This document shows, one piece after another, positions 12,425 to 27,877 of a stretch of DNA of 64,000 nucleotides. The notes under the pieces are model-generated. The model saw nothing but the letters and a program-made list of their open reading frames with translations, searched no databases and was not told where the DNA came from. The position numbers and the translations under genes are program-made. Source of the DNA: Kudoa neothunni (lineage: Eukaryota; Animalia; Cnidaria); assembly GCA_964304625.1 (NCBI GenBank), contig OZ199838.1:6304144-6368143 (forward strand), written 5' to 3'. How positions within the stretch are numbered: position 1 is the first letter of the stretch; the number at the start of each line of letters is the position of its first letter.

Positions 12425-15195
12425 CCCTTCCGGTACCAACGGGGGTATTCGAGAGACCCCACAATATTAATTTTGTTTCTAAATCCAAAAATCAGCTGCT
12501 GATAGTCTTAAAAGTTTCAGAATACCTCTATTACTATTATTTCGACATTTCGATGAAAATATTTTTTATAATATAATTAAATCTAATGAATAAATTCAAA
12601 AATCATACTAGAGTTAATTTTTAATGCATCGGATTAGTTTTCTAATGTTACATATTTGTTTTATAAAAATTAAAAATAGCTTTACCACTCCGAAAATTTG
12701 ATAATATCCGTTCTATTACATGGGCAAATGGTGCGCCTTTCTAAATATTACCGCCTTGCGGATTAACGAGTATTAATCCGATTAAGCCATGCGCCTAATA
12801 TTTCTTGCGGATATTGAGGTAGCAATTGTTAAATGACTTTTTTTGAGGCATCGGTAATATTTAGTGTGAGACTAGACCAAACCATTGATGATGTTGAAAA
12901 ACTTATTGAGGATTCTTTTTCTGTAGATAATGATAATTGCTCAGAATACGAAATATCTGATTCAAATGATTGCGGTGAAGATGATTGTGTTATTAGTGAT
13001 ATAGATAGTGATGAAGATTTTCAAAGTGACGTTTAATCTGCTCAAGTAAACCCGAATAATGATTCTATTTTTTCCCCGCCTGGTCTTGAATGGTTCAAAA
13101 GAATTTGTTCGAAAACGAAAACTAAATCACATAACATCGTTACTTCATCCTCAGGCATTTTAGAGGAAGCGAACAATATAACGTCTATTTATGATGCCTT
13201 TGAATTGTTTATGTCGGGTGATATAATTAATGAGATAGTAAAATACACCGACAAATATAGTGAAGAATCTAACCTAGAGAATCACGCAACAATATCTAAA
13301 GATGAAATATAAGCATTTATAGGCATATAAATGCTGCTGCGCATTCAAATGGTAAGATACTTGCTCATAGGAATATGTGGGATGGTTGTCAATTATTCAA
13401 ACAATTATTTTTCTCCATAGTTGTGTCCAGAACCGGGTTCACTTATATTTTTAGAAAAATCCGTTTCGACGATAAAACAAATAGAATTTATCGGTTTTGA
13501 ACTACAAATGACAAATTTGAATCTTGTTAACAATTTTTCAATCTATTTAATGAAAATTGCCTGAAGTGTTATTCACCAGGCACGCATATTACAGTCTACG
13601 AAAGGTTAGTAAGGTTTCGGGGTAAATGCCCATTTCGTGCGTATATGAAAAGCAAGCTCGGACGATTCAAAATCAAACTTTGGGTGGCCGCAGACATGGG
13701 AACGTCATACCTACTGAATATTCAGCCTTATACTGGGAAGATTAATGGAATAAGGATAAAAATTTCAGATTGAGATATTTCAAGTGTTTCAAATTTGTTT
13801 GCATAAAATATAGGAGAAAAAGAAACATTATTTATTGTTTTGATTATACCGATTCTTTGGAACTAATCTTATTAATATATTTTTTTATTGGAAATATGCT
13901 TGCAGCTTATATATTATACAAACATTTTCATTAAGAATTAAATACAATGTATGATTCATTTTACGATATCTGATACATTCAAATTTACGGTATATGCAAT
14001 TTTAATCCATTATAATGAATGAATTCTAACTAAGGCTCAGCGGATTTGTAATTTTTGAATCTATGCACATTTGTTCCATTCGGGATAAAAAATATCTGTC
14101 TGTTGAACAAACGAATAAAATTAATCCCGCTATAGAAAAAAGGATAATTTTTTACAAAATAATTCTTTACTTTAGGAAATTATACCGAGTATGCCTCATT
14201 AAATTAAGAAAATGTCTGCATAAAAATAGTTATTCTAATTTATGTTTACATTAATATTTTGCGAATTTCAAAAATAGTAAAATAATGGCGAGACAAAAAT
14301 GATTTCGTTGTACCAATAAATATTAAAAATAACTACGTAAAAATATAACAGATTTGTTGACTATTATTTTTGGTGTATTAAACGCTGATGCTCAAATAAT
14401 GCAAACTTAAGTCCCTGCGTCAGTCATTGTTTAAAAATATTGTCATTTTATGTATAATTTAATGGAAGTAGCTATTGACACGGCAAATAATATTTAGACG
14501 TCATTAATTTTGGCTATATTTAATTATTTTTAGCCCACCAATTCGCTTTTAGCGAGCAGGAGTATTTAAATAGAGCAGATTCTAAACAATTAAATCTGTA
14601 TATAGCTTTTGAGCGAGATTCGCGGAGATTAAAAATTTTTTATCGCATAAGCGTATATGCCGTTTAGGACTAAATTTTACCATGTCTATATCCTCTGCGT
14701 AATAAAATTTAGGAAATAATAAAGATCAGCATTGGAAAATAGAAGTCGTCCCTCGTATGGCGTAATAACGATTGATCAAAGCGGCTATCACATCAAACAC
14801 CCATTAATTACGGCCTCATCTACTTTTACCGAGAAGCAATGAGCATTTAGTTGTTGCGATAGTCATGATTTTGTCGAATTATTCATATTTTGATAATTAG
14901 TCTTCCAAATAGCCTGTTTTGATATAAAAATGATAATATTTGCTATTTATATTACATTTTGATGCATTTGTATCATTGTTCTTGCTATAGTTTTCGTCAT
15001 GAACAAAATGATTTACGTATAGATCAAATAATAAAAACGGATCATATTTAGCTTGAATTATCATATTTGCGTCTTTAATTTTTGGTAAAATAGTTTTGAG
15101 CAGATTGAAAAAATTTAAGGTGTATTTCGATTGGGGTACGCTAGTGACCCCAGTGGGTCACCCGCGTTTTGTTATCGTAGTTGGTACGAGGAGGG
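12425..15195 (+). mobile_element. Degenerate piggyBac (PGBD4-like) with an internally deleted transposase
   Basis: Ends CTAA|CCCTTCCGGTACCAAC and GTTGGTACGAGGAGGG|TTAA. Remnant 12833-13750 contains IRFDDKTNR and RFRGKCPFRAYMKSK..IKLWVAAD..QPYTGK. Confidence 0.82.
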
Positions 15196-17035
15196 TTAAT
15201 ATTGTCAACAAATTATACAGTTGTGAAAGAATAAAATTTACTGGGTCTGAAAGGACTCAACAAACTATAACTTAGTTAGTTACAGAATGTGTAAAATTAA
15301 TTTGGAACTTTTTAATATCTAAAGTTTTAAAGTATATTTTATTGATTTGTGCGGAAAATTAACAAGGCTTTCTTAGAAATAAAAACTTTATAATAAAAGT
15401 ATCGTCCATAGATTCAGAAGTTACTCTATTAATCGACTGTATTTTTATAATTTTTGAGTTTTTGTAATGTGGCACCCTCCCAAAATGTATGATTTCAGAT
15501 CTTTAACCTAATAAATTGCACCACGTGATTTTTTCTAGTCTGGAATGATAAATACGAAGTCATTACCAGTTATCGACTGTACAAAAACAATTCCATACTT
15601 ATCATAAAATATTATCAATGTTGTAGATAATTTGATTGACCAGAATGCGCGCATAATTTTTTTATCCTAGATAGATTCGACTTTTTCAAGAATTTTAACA
15701 ATTTTTTTAGCACCTAAAAAAATTAAAATAAGTTATATTGTATATAATTTATACACGGTCTCAAAAACCACTCTATATCATCGTAACACAAGCTTGTTCG
15801 GGATCTTTAAAAGATAACGAACATTTTCCAATTCAATATCATGTAAATTGGGTTAATTTCACCTCTATATAGTAGATCATAAACAATTGGAGTCTATTAT
15901 GAAATATATTACTATCTCTAAAGGATTGATGAGGTTGTAAGCGTGGTTGTTGGTTTTACGGAATGAAATTCAGGACAATAGTCCGAATTCCCCATACAAT
16001 TAACGGCTAACCAAAAAGATGCCAAAGTTGAACATTAATATTGGTTAGAATGGCGTAACAATTCCAGATAGATTTTCAACTATTAGAGCAATAGCGATTG
16101 GGCTAAATGGATGTTTTTGAAACCCGCATTTTGTTTTTCACATCACACGGCAAACACTATCACCATCATCGATTGTAAATCACCACAGTTGAAGAATTTA
16201 ATGATAAAACAGGGTGAATCATAATTTATTTGATATAATGGAGATTTTACGGCAGGATAAAACAATATATGCGAGATAGCTCACAATGAATGTGAAACAA
16301 TATTTCCCGTCCAATCCAAAAGTATGATAACTATATCGATAGATAGGTGCTAATAGATAGATAAAAATTGTATGAGTTGATTAGGAAAGTAATAATGAGT
16401 TGCCGATTACAGTAATGCCCGCATATTTTAGTCCTAATTCAGAAAACAAAACCCCACTATAATAGCGTTAATTTTAGAGAATCAGTTGGTAGGGAAATTA
16501 TATTGATGTTCGGTGGTAGATAGTGGTTATTTATCTGTAACGATTAAAATCGGGAATCGGTCTCAAGGTAAAAACAATTGTCTCATCTATTGCGATAAAA
16601 GACAACCACCTCCAGGACTCATCCCACTGTATCAAATTGTAACTGTGTGTCTCTCAATAAAAATTGCAATTATCGAAATTTTGGCTTATTATTATTGATT
16701 GAGATAAGGTGAAGTTGTTTTAAAGTTGGTTTTCACACAACACAATTACACTACCTACATACATTCATTGTGTAGGTAGATACAGAGAGCGAGTGTGAGT
16801 GAGAGAGACTGTGGCCGACAACCCTTAACACATTCCCTAAGGTATATACGCCATCAATAATAACAATAATAATCGTGGCATTTATAGGCTGATCCATTGT
16901 AGTGGAAGAAAATTTAAACTATAACTTTTTTTAAATTCTCTTACACAGCCAACTAACATTAAACAGTGCAAATTGGCAGACATTTTCATATAGATAACCA
17001 ACTGCTATAAGTTAAGGAAATAAAGTCCAAACCAT

Positions 17036-19346
<2,311 letters not shown>

Positions 19347-20563
19347 ACCAATTCCACGACATTTCAATTTAATGGTTTACTAACTTTCACTGGTGTGCGA
19401 GATATTTCCTTGACTTTCTTTGTGTACATATACCTGCCAAGTGATTGATGTATTTGGGTGCTACGTATTGTCAACTTCATTCCCACAAACCACTACCACT
19501 CGGTGTCATCGCGTCTTATTCGAACACAATAATAACTGTGTTTTATTACTTTTTCACATCAAATTAAAATTTTTCTATGGCTACTATGTTTTGCTATTCG
19601 AACAAGTTTAATGAATTTACATAACTGTTTTAAGTAGATGCGAAATTCCACTGATCGGCATTCCATGGATTTTGGATATATTTTTTTAATACATACCTAT
19701 GGAAGTCCTCATTATTTTTGTCATACTGGTAGTCATGCGAGTTTAATTCTTATTTATTTAAAGGAACTATTTAAACTTCCTATTTTAGCTAATTACGAGC
19801 TTAAACAAATGCATAATGTTGATAGAGTTGTCTTGGGGTGATGCCTCACCCCCAAAACAATAAACAAAATCGCTAAGCAACTGTCATTTTAAACAAAAAA
19901 TATGAACTCATCTCACATGAAACTACAACAAAGTCAGGGAAACTGTTTCTATTTTATTTCGATTATAACACCTAATGATATTCTTGAGATAATTCATAAC
20001 ATAAAATTTAATAAAACCCTCAAAATCTAGATATTCTGAATTATATAACAAATATATCTCTGACTATGTAATTATATTGGGTATTTAACAATAATAAAAA
20101 TTATGAAGATGAAATCCTCATTAAGCCCATAGATTTTTGGATCTTATTGTCATTTCATCCTCATTAAAAAAATAAATAAGCATACTCATCAAATTATATA
20201 TTCTACAGCGTATTACTTTCAATAAAAATATTTTTTTGTCTTTAGAACAAAATATTTGTAAGTTCTGTTATATGAGCTAAATAATGCTTAAGAAATTTTT
20301 TTGCAAATAATAAACCTACCTCTAAAAAAATAAATCTTAATGCGCCTTATTTATTCAAAAATAAATACAAGGCCTATCTTATATTCGAGGAAACATGCTA
20401 ACTATTTTATTAATTTTTGTAAGAACAGTTAATTTGATTCATATTATTCGTCATCGGAAAAAAGACAAAATATTACTCATAAATAATTCCTTTGAATAAA
20501 TCTTTATCAAAATATATAGGAAAGGTCGCTACAAAAAACTATAAATATCTATAGTACAAATAT

Positions 20564-23274
20564 CTATAATTGTTCAGGGAGAGCCGAGTGGCTGGCTGCA
20601 GAGACTGCAGCCAAAGGCTCGATCATCACATTGATACTTTGAAGATATTCAATGTAAGGCTTCCACGCAGATGACTAAACCAAACGAGGATCATTAATTA
20701 AAATTAAATGGAGTAAATTCTCCAAAATATACATAATACAACATCCGAGGGTTTGCCACAATGAACACACCATATCTATTAGACCAACTTTTATTATTTC
20801 TCACCAAAACAAACAATGGTTACTTGGCGCGAGTTATAGCTACGTTCAATTGTTTGACATCATTGACAAAACCAATATTCTAAGAGTGAAATAACAATCA
20901 ACAAAACTCTCACATTACAATACAATACATAGTCTTGGTTTGATCGAACACATGATATAATTATATAATCTTTCTCTCTTCCTTGAAATCCATTCACATT
21001 ATAAACCTCCAATTCCTACAATAAAAACACGTCGGTACTGAGAATTCGATATTACCAACAATTGTTCGCTACCTTTAGAATACTTCTAAAATGGTCGTTT
21101 TTGTTGTGTATGTGTTTAATGATACAATCTCTTTGAGAGTTGTAAGGAGTAATAATTCCAATATTTGAAGCAGAAATTCCTTTGCTCAAAAGTGTTTCGA
21201 GAATGACTAACAACTTTTCAACTTCCTCCCTTACAAAAAATCCATCAACTGAAAACAACTACACACACTTACAGATTGTAGTACGACGTCGAATGAGGCG
21301 GAAGACTCTCTTGACCATACACCGAATAGAACGCGATTGGATAGTTTTTGTTGGGCCAATCGATGAGACTGGTTTCAAATTGGGTTTTGAAATGAGAACG
21401 TAACGTAGGATTAAGTCTGAGTTTATTTTTGTAAAATTGTTTGGAAACATATTCAGTTAGAGCTGAATGCATTCGAAATTGCTCTTCGAGCAAAATAGAG
21501 GGGAACTTTGTGTTCAGTAGACGCTCAAATAATGACACTTGAAGAATTCTGTCCGATGTTTATTATAGTAGAATGTAAATTTAAATTATACAAGAGTTAC
21601 TTTTTCATGTCCGTCACGCGTAAAATAGGACCAAGCTGGTTTTCATCGCCAACTAATACTATCTATATATGGAATGATTCCAAATTTTTAGCTTTACTAG
21701 AAATACTTTATTTCTAGTCAGCACCAATGGAATAACAGCTTCCAACTCAATCATCTGAGCCGCTTCGTCAATAATAACACAGTCAAATTCCATAGAACTT
21801 AGTATGCGAGTGCTGGCCATTGCACAAGTACAACATATCACGTCAGCATTCTAACCGATTTAAAATACGCAGTAACTAAAGCATTTTTACGCAGAAATCA
21901 TCAACTTGTGAGCTGTCATTGCTATAGACGATGGAATCGTCAGTGGTGTCAATTTTGGAAAAAAAATGCTCACGACCACCAATATATTTAAAAGTTTTCA
22001 AGGTAGCCACTGACTTATGTTTCTCGTCAGGTTGGTCAGTAATTTTGCCTACGTACGATTTTGAATACAATTGAAAAATCTATTTATATCAACATCATTA
22101 GACCAAAGGTCAACTGGGAGAAAGATGTAATACTTTCAAAGGATAACGGCTGATTTTTGATACGAGAACTTTGTTCGCAATGTTACTTGACGAACACAAC
22201 AGCACCTTATAGTTGAATAGGTTCACCAAATGCCAAACAATACTGGCAATCGTTGTCGATTTCCCCGTTCCTGGAGGTCCCTATTTGTGATCAAATTCTC
22301 CGTCTCACATTCTTATTTTTCACAGGAGTAAATATACTTTGATTATTGTAATTTTTTGATTTAATACTGACTGTAATGCGTTAAATTGCGATTCGCTCAT
22401 ATCAGGAGGTTTATCAATGTTATATCTACAGGTGATCCATCATATACAAATATAAATACATATTTTTTGATATATATGAAGAAAAAGCTACTCCATTTTG
22501 TTAATATTTTGACGGTATTTGTTAATATTTTCAGGATTTAATGTAAGTGTAGCGTCAGCTTTAATCATTTCAATCGCATTTAACGAATCTTTCCCCCAAA
22601 ATACACCAGCATAAAACTGCACATAATGAGCCTTAAGTTTCTGCTGGCCGATATCAACACCTTTAACTGCAGTGCATTTGACCACAAAATGACCATCATC
22701 ACTCCAATCAAAACTTTCTACTGAAGCTATACACCTCAAGGTACGATCCAAAAATTGCAACTTAGATTTTTCCAAGTTAAACGAATCATAAAACATATGT
22801 TCGCCCTCATCAATTACTGCTTCGTAATTGTTGCCATAACTCTGAACCAATGTTAGGGGTTTGATACTGTACATCTATACGGATGTATTATACTAATTTG
22901 TTAAATTGAAACTCGTCATAATTAATTTACTTCTTGGCTTGAACTTTCCGCCACACGTAAATATCTATTAAGCACATTTTTCCAATAGTTATTGTATTGA
23001 TGACGGTTTTCAAAGCTAAATATCAAATAAAAAATTGATGTGAAGTGAACAAATAACTTTATTTGTGGCATTGTAAATGAGGGGATTATATGCCTGACCT
23101 TTTCATGGGATGTTATAGTTGAACAAAGTCGTATTTTGACTATGCTGCACTCAATAGGCTGCTTGAAATAACATCTATGAGTCGAAAAATTTGTGAGGTT
23201 TTCTTTTTTAGTACAAGATTTTACGTTTTGACAGTAGAAAGGTATCCGATTCTTCGGACACTCATAAATCCCAT
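20564..23274 (-). CDS. UPF1-like SF1B RNA helicase, multi-exon, with no CH zinc domain
   Basis: Motifs GPPGTGKS, IIDEAAQ, VGDENQLGP, SLFERL, LEEQFRMH, IGIITPYNSQ, NVNGFQGREKD and QLNVAITRAK are joined by small GT-AG introns. The start codon is inferred. Confidence 0.85.
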
Positions 23275-24285
23275 TCAAGTGTATTTTAGAATGCGCGCGT
23301 TTAAATAGTATGAGGTTATGTAAAATTAATATTTTTGAAATTTTTTATATATTTAAGAGATATTTTTCTTTTGTTGGTAAGTGACAATTTAGAAATTTAA
23401 TTGCCCTTCTTTGCTTCTCTGTGCACGCAGGCGCACATATTAGGAGGTTACAGTAAGTAACCGCTTTTTCGCATTTTCTATAAATAAAAAATAACTTAAA
23501 AATATTGCAGGAAAAGTATATATATTTATTTAAGGCTATTTTGTGAATTAAATGAATCAGAATTAAATGAATCAGAATTAAAATAAGATAGAAAGTATAT
23601 ATGGTAAAATTACGTGATTAATCATTTTTTTGCATTTGTAGGTGGGAATTGTCTGTTAGTTGATGCTTTTTTTTAAGTGGCTTTCAAAATTGAACTAAAA
23701 AATGGATAAAATAATTGATATAAAAATTTGATGTAATATAATAGTCTTCCACTATGAGGAGCCAAAACTACTATTCTATTATACTGCAATTTAATATGCT
23801 ATAAATCAGGAGTTGAGAACCCAGTCGGGCTGCCGGGCCGGATATTTATATTAAACTAGAAGACAGGCCAGAATAGAAATAAATCCCCAGATGTAATGAA
23901 TTTTTCATATTACAATTAAAAGTTGACTCAATAAATTAATATTGTGATATTTATAAGGATACATTCTTATTGTAGTGCGAGAAAAGTATAACTAAAGTTC
24001 GACATTTTCATAAGGATATTTCTAGTTTTATACAATTTTTTATTTCATTATTTATCTGATTTTATTGATATTTAATTTAATATTGCATATACGTAGATAA
24101 TGATTCGAAATCGTAAAGAACAATAGTTAAACATTTCTATTCGTCACAATAAGGCTAGTATCGTACGATCAATAAAAATACCTACGGAATTTGCTTGGGG
24201 AATATTTTGATCTTTATTTTTTTACATACTTGTAATTAGAAAAAAAGGGATAATATTTAACTAACTTCGTTTACATTTCCATTAA

Positions 24286-25963
24286 CCCTCTAATGTACTA
24301 AAGTCGACTGCACTCCGATTAATTTTGGGGTAAAAATTACCCGGATTTTTATTTCTCTATTCAAACCATAAAAATATTTGATTTCAGCAAGTAAAATTAG
24401 ACAAAATCCCGCGGCTAAATTCAGCTATAAAACAACTAACATCCGAGTAGTAATCCTCATAATCCTACGAAAATTGTATTCGTTAAAATCCGCAATGACA
24501 ATTTTGGATTAAAGCTTAATGTTTGATTAGGTTTCAAATTTATAGCATGTAATAAATATTTTAATTATTATTTTGGCAACGAAATAGAACTTTAATAAGA
24601 ACAATATTCGCAAACACTCAGAATGAATTTTGCAACAGTTTCACACATCTAAGACAAGCAGTAGTGGGTTTCTTATCAATTTGCCGTAAAAAATATTCAA
24701 ACCTTGAAAATATTTCTACATTTTTTGGTTAAAATCGAAATAACTTGTCGACTATTTTTCGTTTTATTGTGGCAGAAAAAGAAGCCAAATTGACAATTAT
24801 ATAGCCGAATAAACAGATTTAAATGAGGAATTGACCCAAAAATATATCAAAATTTGTTAACGTCGATCAACGAGAAATTCCACAGCAGGAGTTGTTGATA
24901 CTTTCACTCTATAGAAATGATAAAATGATAGGTCTTGGATTTTAGAGAATAAAAAAATCAAAATATTCCATACTGTCTAGATAGACTAAGATTTGGTGCG
25001 TACACCGCTATCGCTTTTAGCCGTGAAAAGATATTTCTCAAAATTATAGTATTTCCTCAAAAGTTTCAAAGTGAATCTATCGTTTGAACTAATGAGAATG
25101 CTTTAAATATTATATTCCAAAGGAAAATTTTACAAAAAATTATATTTATGTTTATTTCATTGGCATTGAGCTTGATAATAAAGTTTTATAATGCGCATTT
25201 GTTTTGAAAATAGACGTCGAATTTTTTAAAAATACTCGTTGAAAATTACAGCTTCTAGTTATAACAGAATAGATAAGGTCGAGCTCTTAGGATTTTTGGC
25301 TTCACGGATGTTTCTTTCCATTAATGGAAAGATATAACTTTGCCATATTTTAAAAAACTTTCTCCTAACCATATTATATCCCATATTTTTTTGTATATGG
25401 AAAACGCATTTATAAATAATAAATATATTAAATAGGGAAACAACACCACTGGCCGTCATTATTGATTTTTGGATTGACTCGAATTCTCAGTTTTCAATAT
25501 CGTAAGATTCCTCCGATATATGGAGCTTAAAATATTCGTAATCATTTTGAAAAGGATTTGACTAATCGTTATAACTACTATCGACCAAATCCATTTCTAT
25601 TACCACTACGAAAAAATCAAGTGGATATCCACGTGACATTTCGTAGTAGTAGTAGCAGCCACATGACTTCAAATTTATCCATCCGATAAGCCTAAAATTT
25701 GGTTTATGTAATAATTATTATTTTATCTATCCAATTATGTAAAAAAACCAGAGGTAATTTGTTACCCCAAAAATTCATTGGAGCGTAACCTTGTTATAGT
25801 TTCTCTGATTTTATATTTTTAGTCAAAATATTTTAAAATCATATATTACCCACATTTTTGAAAGATTAGAATAAAATTCGTATCCTATGAAGAGCAAACA
25901 AAACACATGTACAACCAATAACTTCTCGTTGAGGTAAAAATTTACCTCAAATTCATTGGAATG
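24286..25963. mobile_element. Possible old piggyBac-type non-autonomous element
   Basis: TTAA|CCCTCTAATG on the left and degenerate CATTGGAATG|TTAA on the right. GGGGTAAAAATTACCC-like subterminal motifs near both ends. Confidence 0.4.
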
Positions 25964-27877
25964 TTAAACTTCTTTACATGATGAAAACATCGATTATAAA
26001 AATTGGTAAAATTATACAAGTATTATCTTCTCAAAAAAAAAACAATTTAAATTTATCATTTATCTCTTCGCGGGAAGGATGAGGAAAGCTCCTCGGCCAA
26101 ATTTGGTCTGGGGGTTGGTCGTTGCCGACCCTTGTTTTAGATCAATTATTTCACGACTTAGTAGTTTTTAAATATTAACTAGGCAAGCTAACAAAAATAA
26201 ATAGATTTTTTGAAATATATAATTCAAATAAATATTTATATTCGAGTAAAAATATTAAATTACTACTTTATGCGAGAATTTAGGTAAAATTTCCGCCCAT
26301 TATTTCGAGTAACCTCGGTCAAAAAATTGTTGGCTAATTTTCACCATACCAATTGCCACTGAATATCCCTAAAGTCCGTGAAATCATTTTTTGAAGACTA
26401 TTATAAAATTTATTTATAACTTAACTGACTGATGTTTCCTTCATTTTTTTTAATTTTTCGCATTATTTATAAAGTAGTAATAATGTAAATAGCAGTAAAT
26501 TTTTCATCCAAAAATTTTTGGGATGCTCGTTATCCTTTGCACCCTGAAGTTAGCTTATAAAAGGTTTACGTCTTGTATTCGATACGCTCATAATTGTATG
26601 CTAGTTTTTTAAATTGAATTAATTTTAAATAATAATAACATTAAATCATTAAACTTTAAAATATGTATAATAGAAAATGTCATTTTACATTCTTAAATAC
26701 ATCATTGTTAGTTTTGTTACAAAATTACCTTTGAGGTAAATGCTTATTGCAGTGCTTATTGTTTGTACAAAAACCTGTTTACAATAAATATTAAAATAAT
26801 CATCATTTTTTAATTATTTAATAGACCAATACATCCTCTGATAAAATTAAGGATAGGCTTGTGGTTTTCAAAACCAGCCAAACTCATTTATTATAATATC
26901 GTTTTTGAATTTGCGTTGATCTTAAAAGTTTCAAAGACAATTATCAACATGTCAACTTCACCAATTGATTAATCGTAGTATAAAAAATCGGTTGTTGCGC
27001 TCTCCGTTCTTTATAAAAATTTTTAGATAGTATTGGTTTATCAACAAATACTTTATTTTCATAATTATTATATCAATTAGTTGTAAAGTAAAATAATATA
27101 AAAAATAATATTTTGATGTTATTATCTCTTGTACACATTTTTACTTCTTCATAAAATATTAATTAAATTAGATTAATAGACAAAAATATATTTTTGATTA
27201 AGAGGTCTGCAACTTATCCATTATTATTAATTTTACATAAAAATTAGTAAAAAATAGATTTTTACTATAATTATATTGATTTAACACACTAAATGAAAAT
27301 GTGAATTAAATTAGTCAATCAACCAAGATATAATCTATATTTATCTGTAGCAAATTAAAGTCGATAATAATAACAAGAATAATTGGGATTAGTTCCCCAA
27401 AATATTGATTATATTTAAGATTGTATAGTATGCGAAATAGCGATATGAACCGAGTAATTATATAACTGTATGGAAATATTAGGATAAATTTAATTTATTG
27501 TAGAACAATTAAACAATATTCAACATTATATTTATTTGAATTTTTCAAATTCTGTTATAAATATTTTATGGTTCAAATTTTTTAACCTAGGAAATGTATT
27601 ATTTGTTAATTACCTTAAGTTGATTCCTTGGGACTTGAAAAAATATGCATTAAAAAGTTACGTTATGCTTAACATAACGATTTATAAACACTAATATTTT
27701 CTACAAATATCATGTTTTTATTTACTATAAGAATTGCACAAATTTATTAAGCCTACACATGCGCGGAATTACGTACATGGCTTTACTGCGTTCGTGTGAG
27801 ATTATAGGTACACCCTAATTACCCACAGTCACCTACATTCTAAGTAGGTCGCTTTAAGCTTCAAGATCGCGCTAGAT

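Noticed and set aside
23807-26135. hAT-like ends CAGGAGTTGAGAAC and GTTGCCGACCCTTG
   Set aside because: The termini match poorly and there is no TSD.
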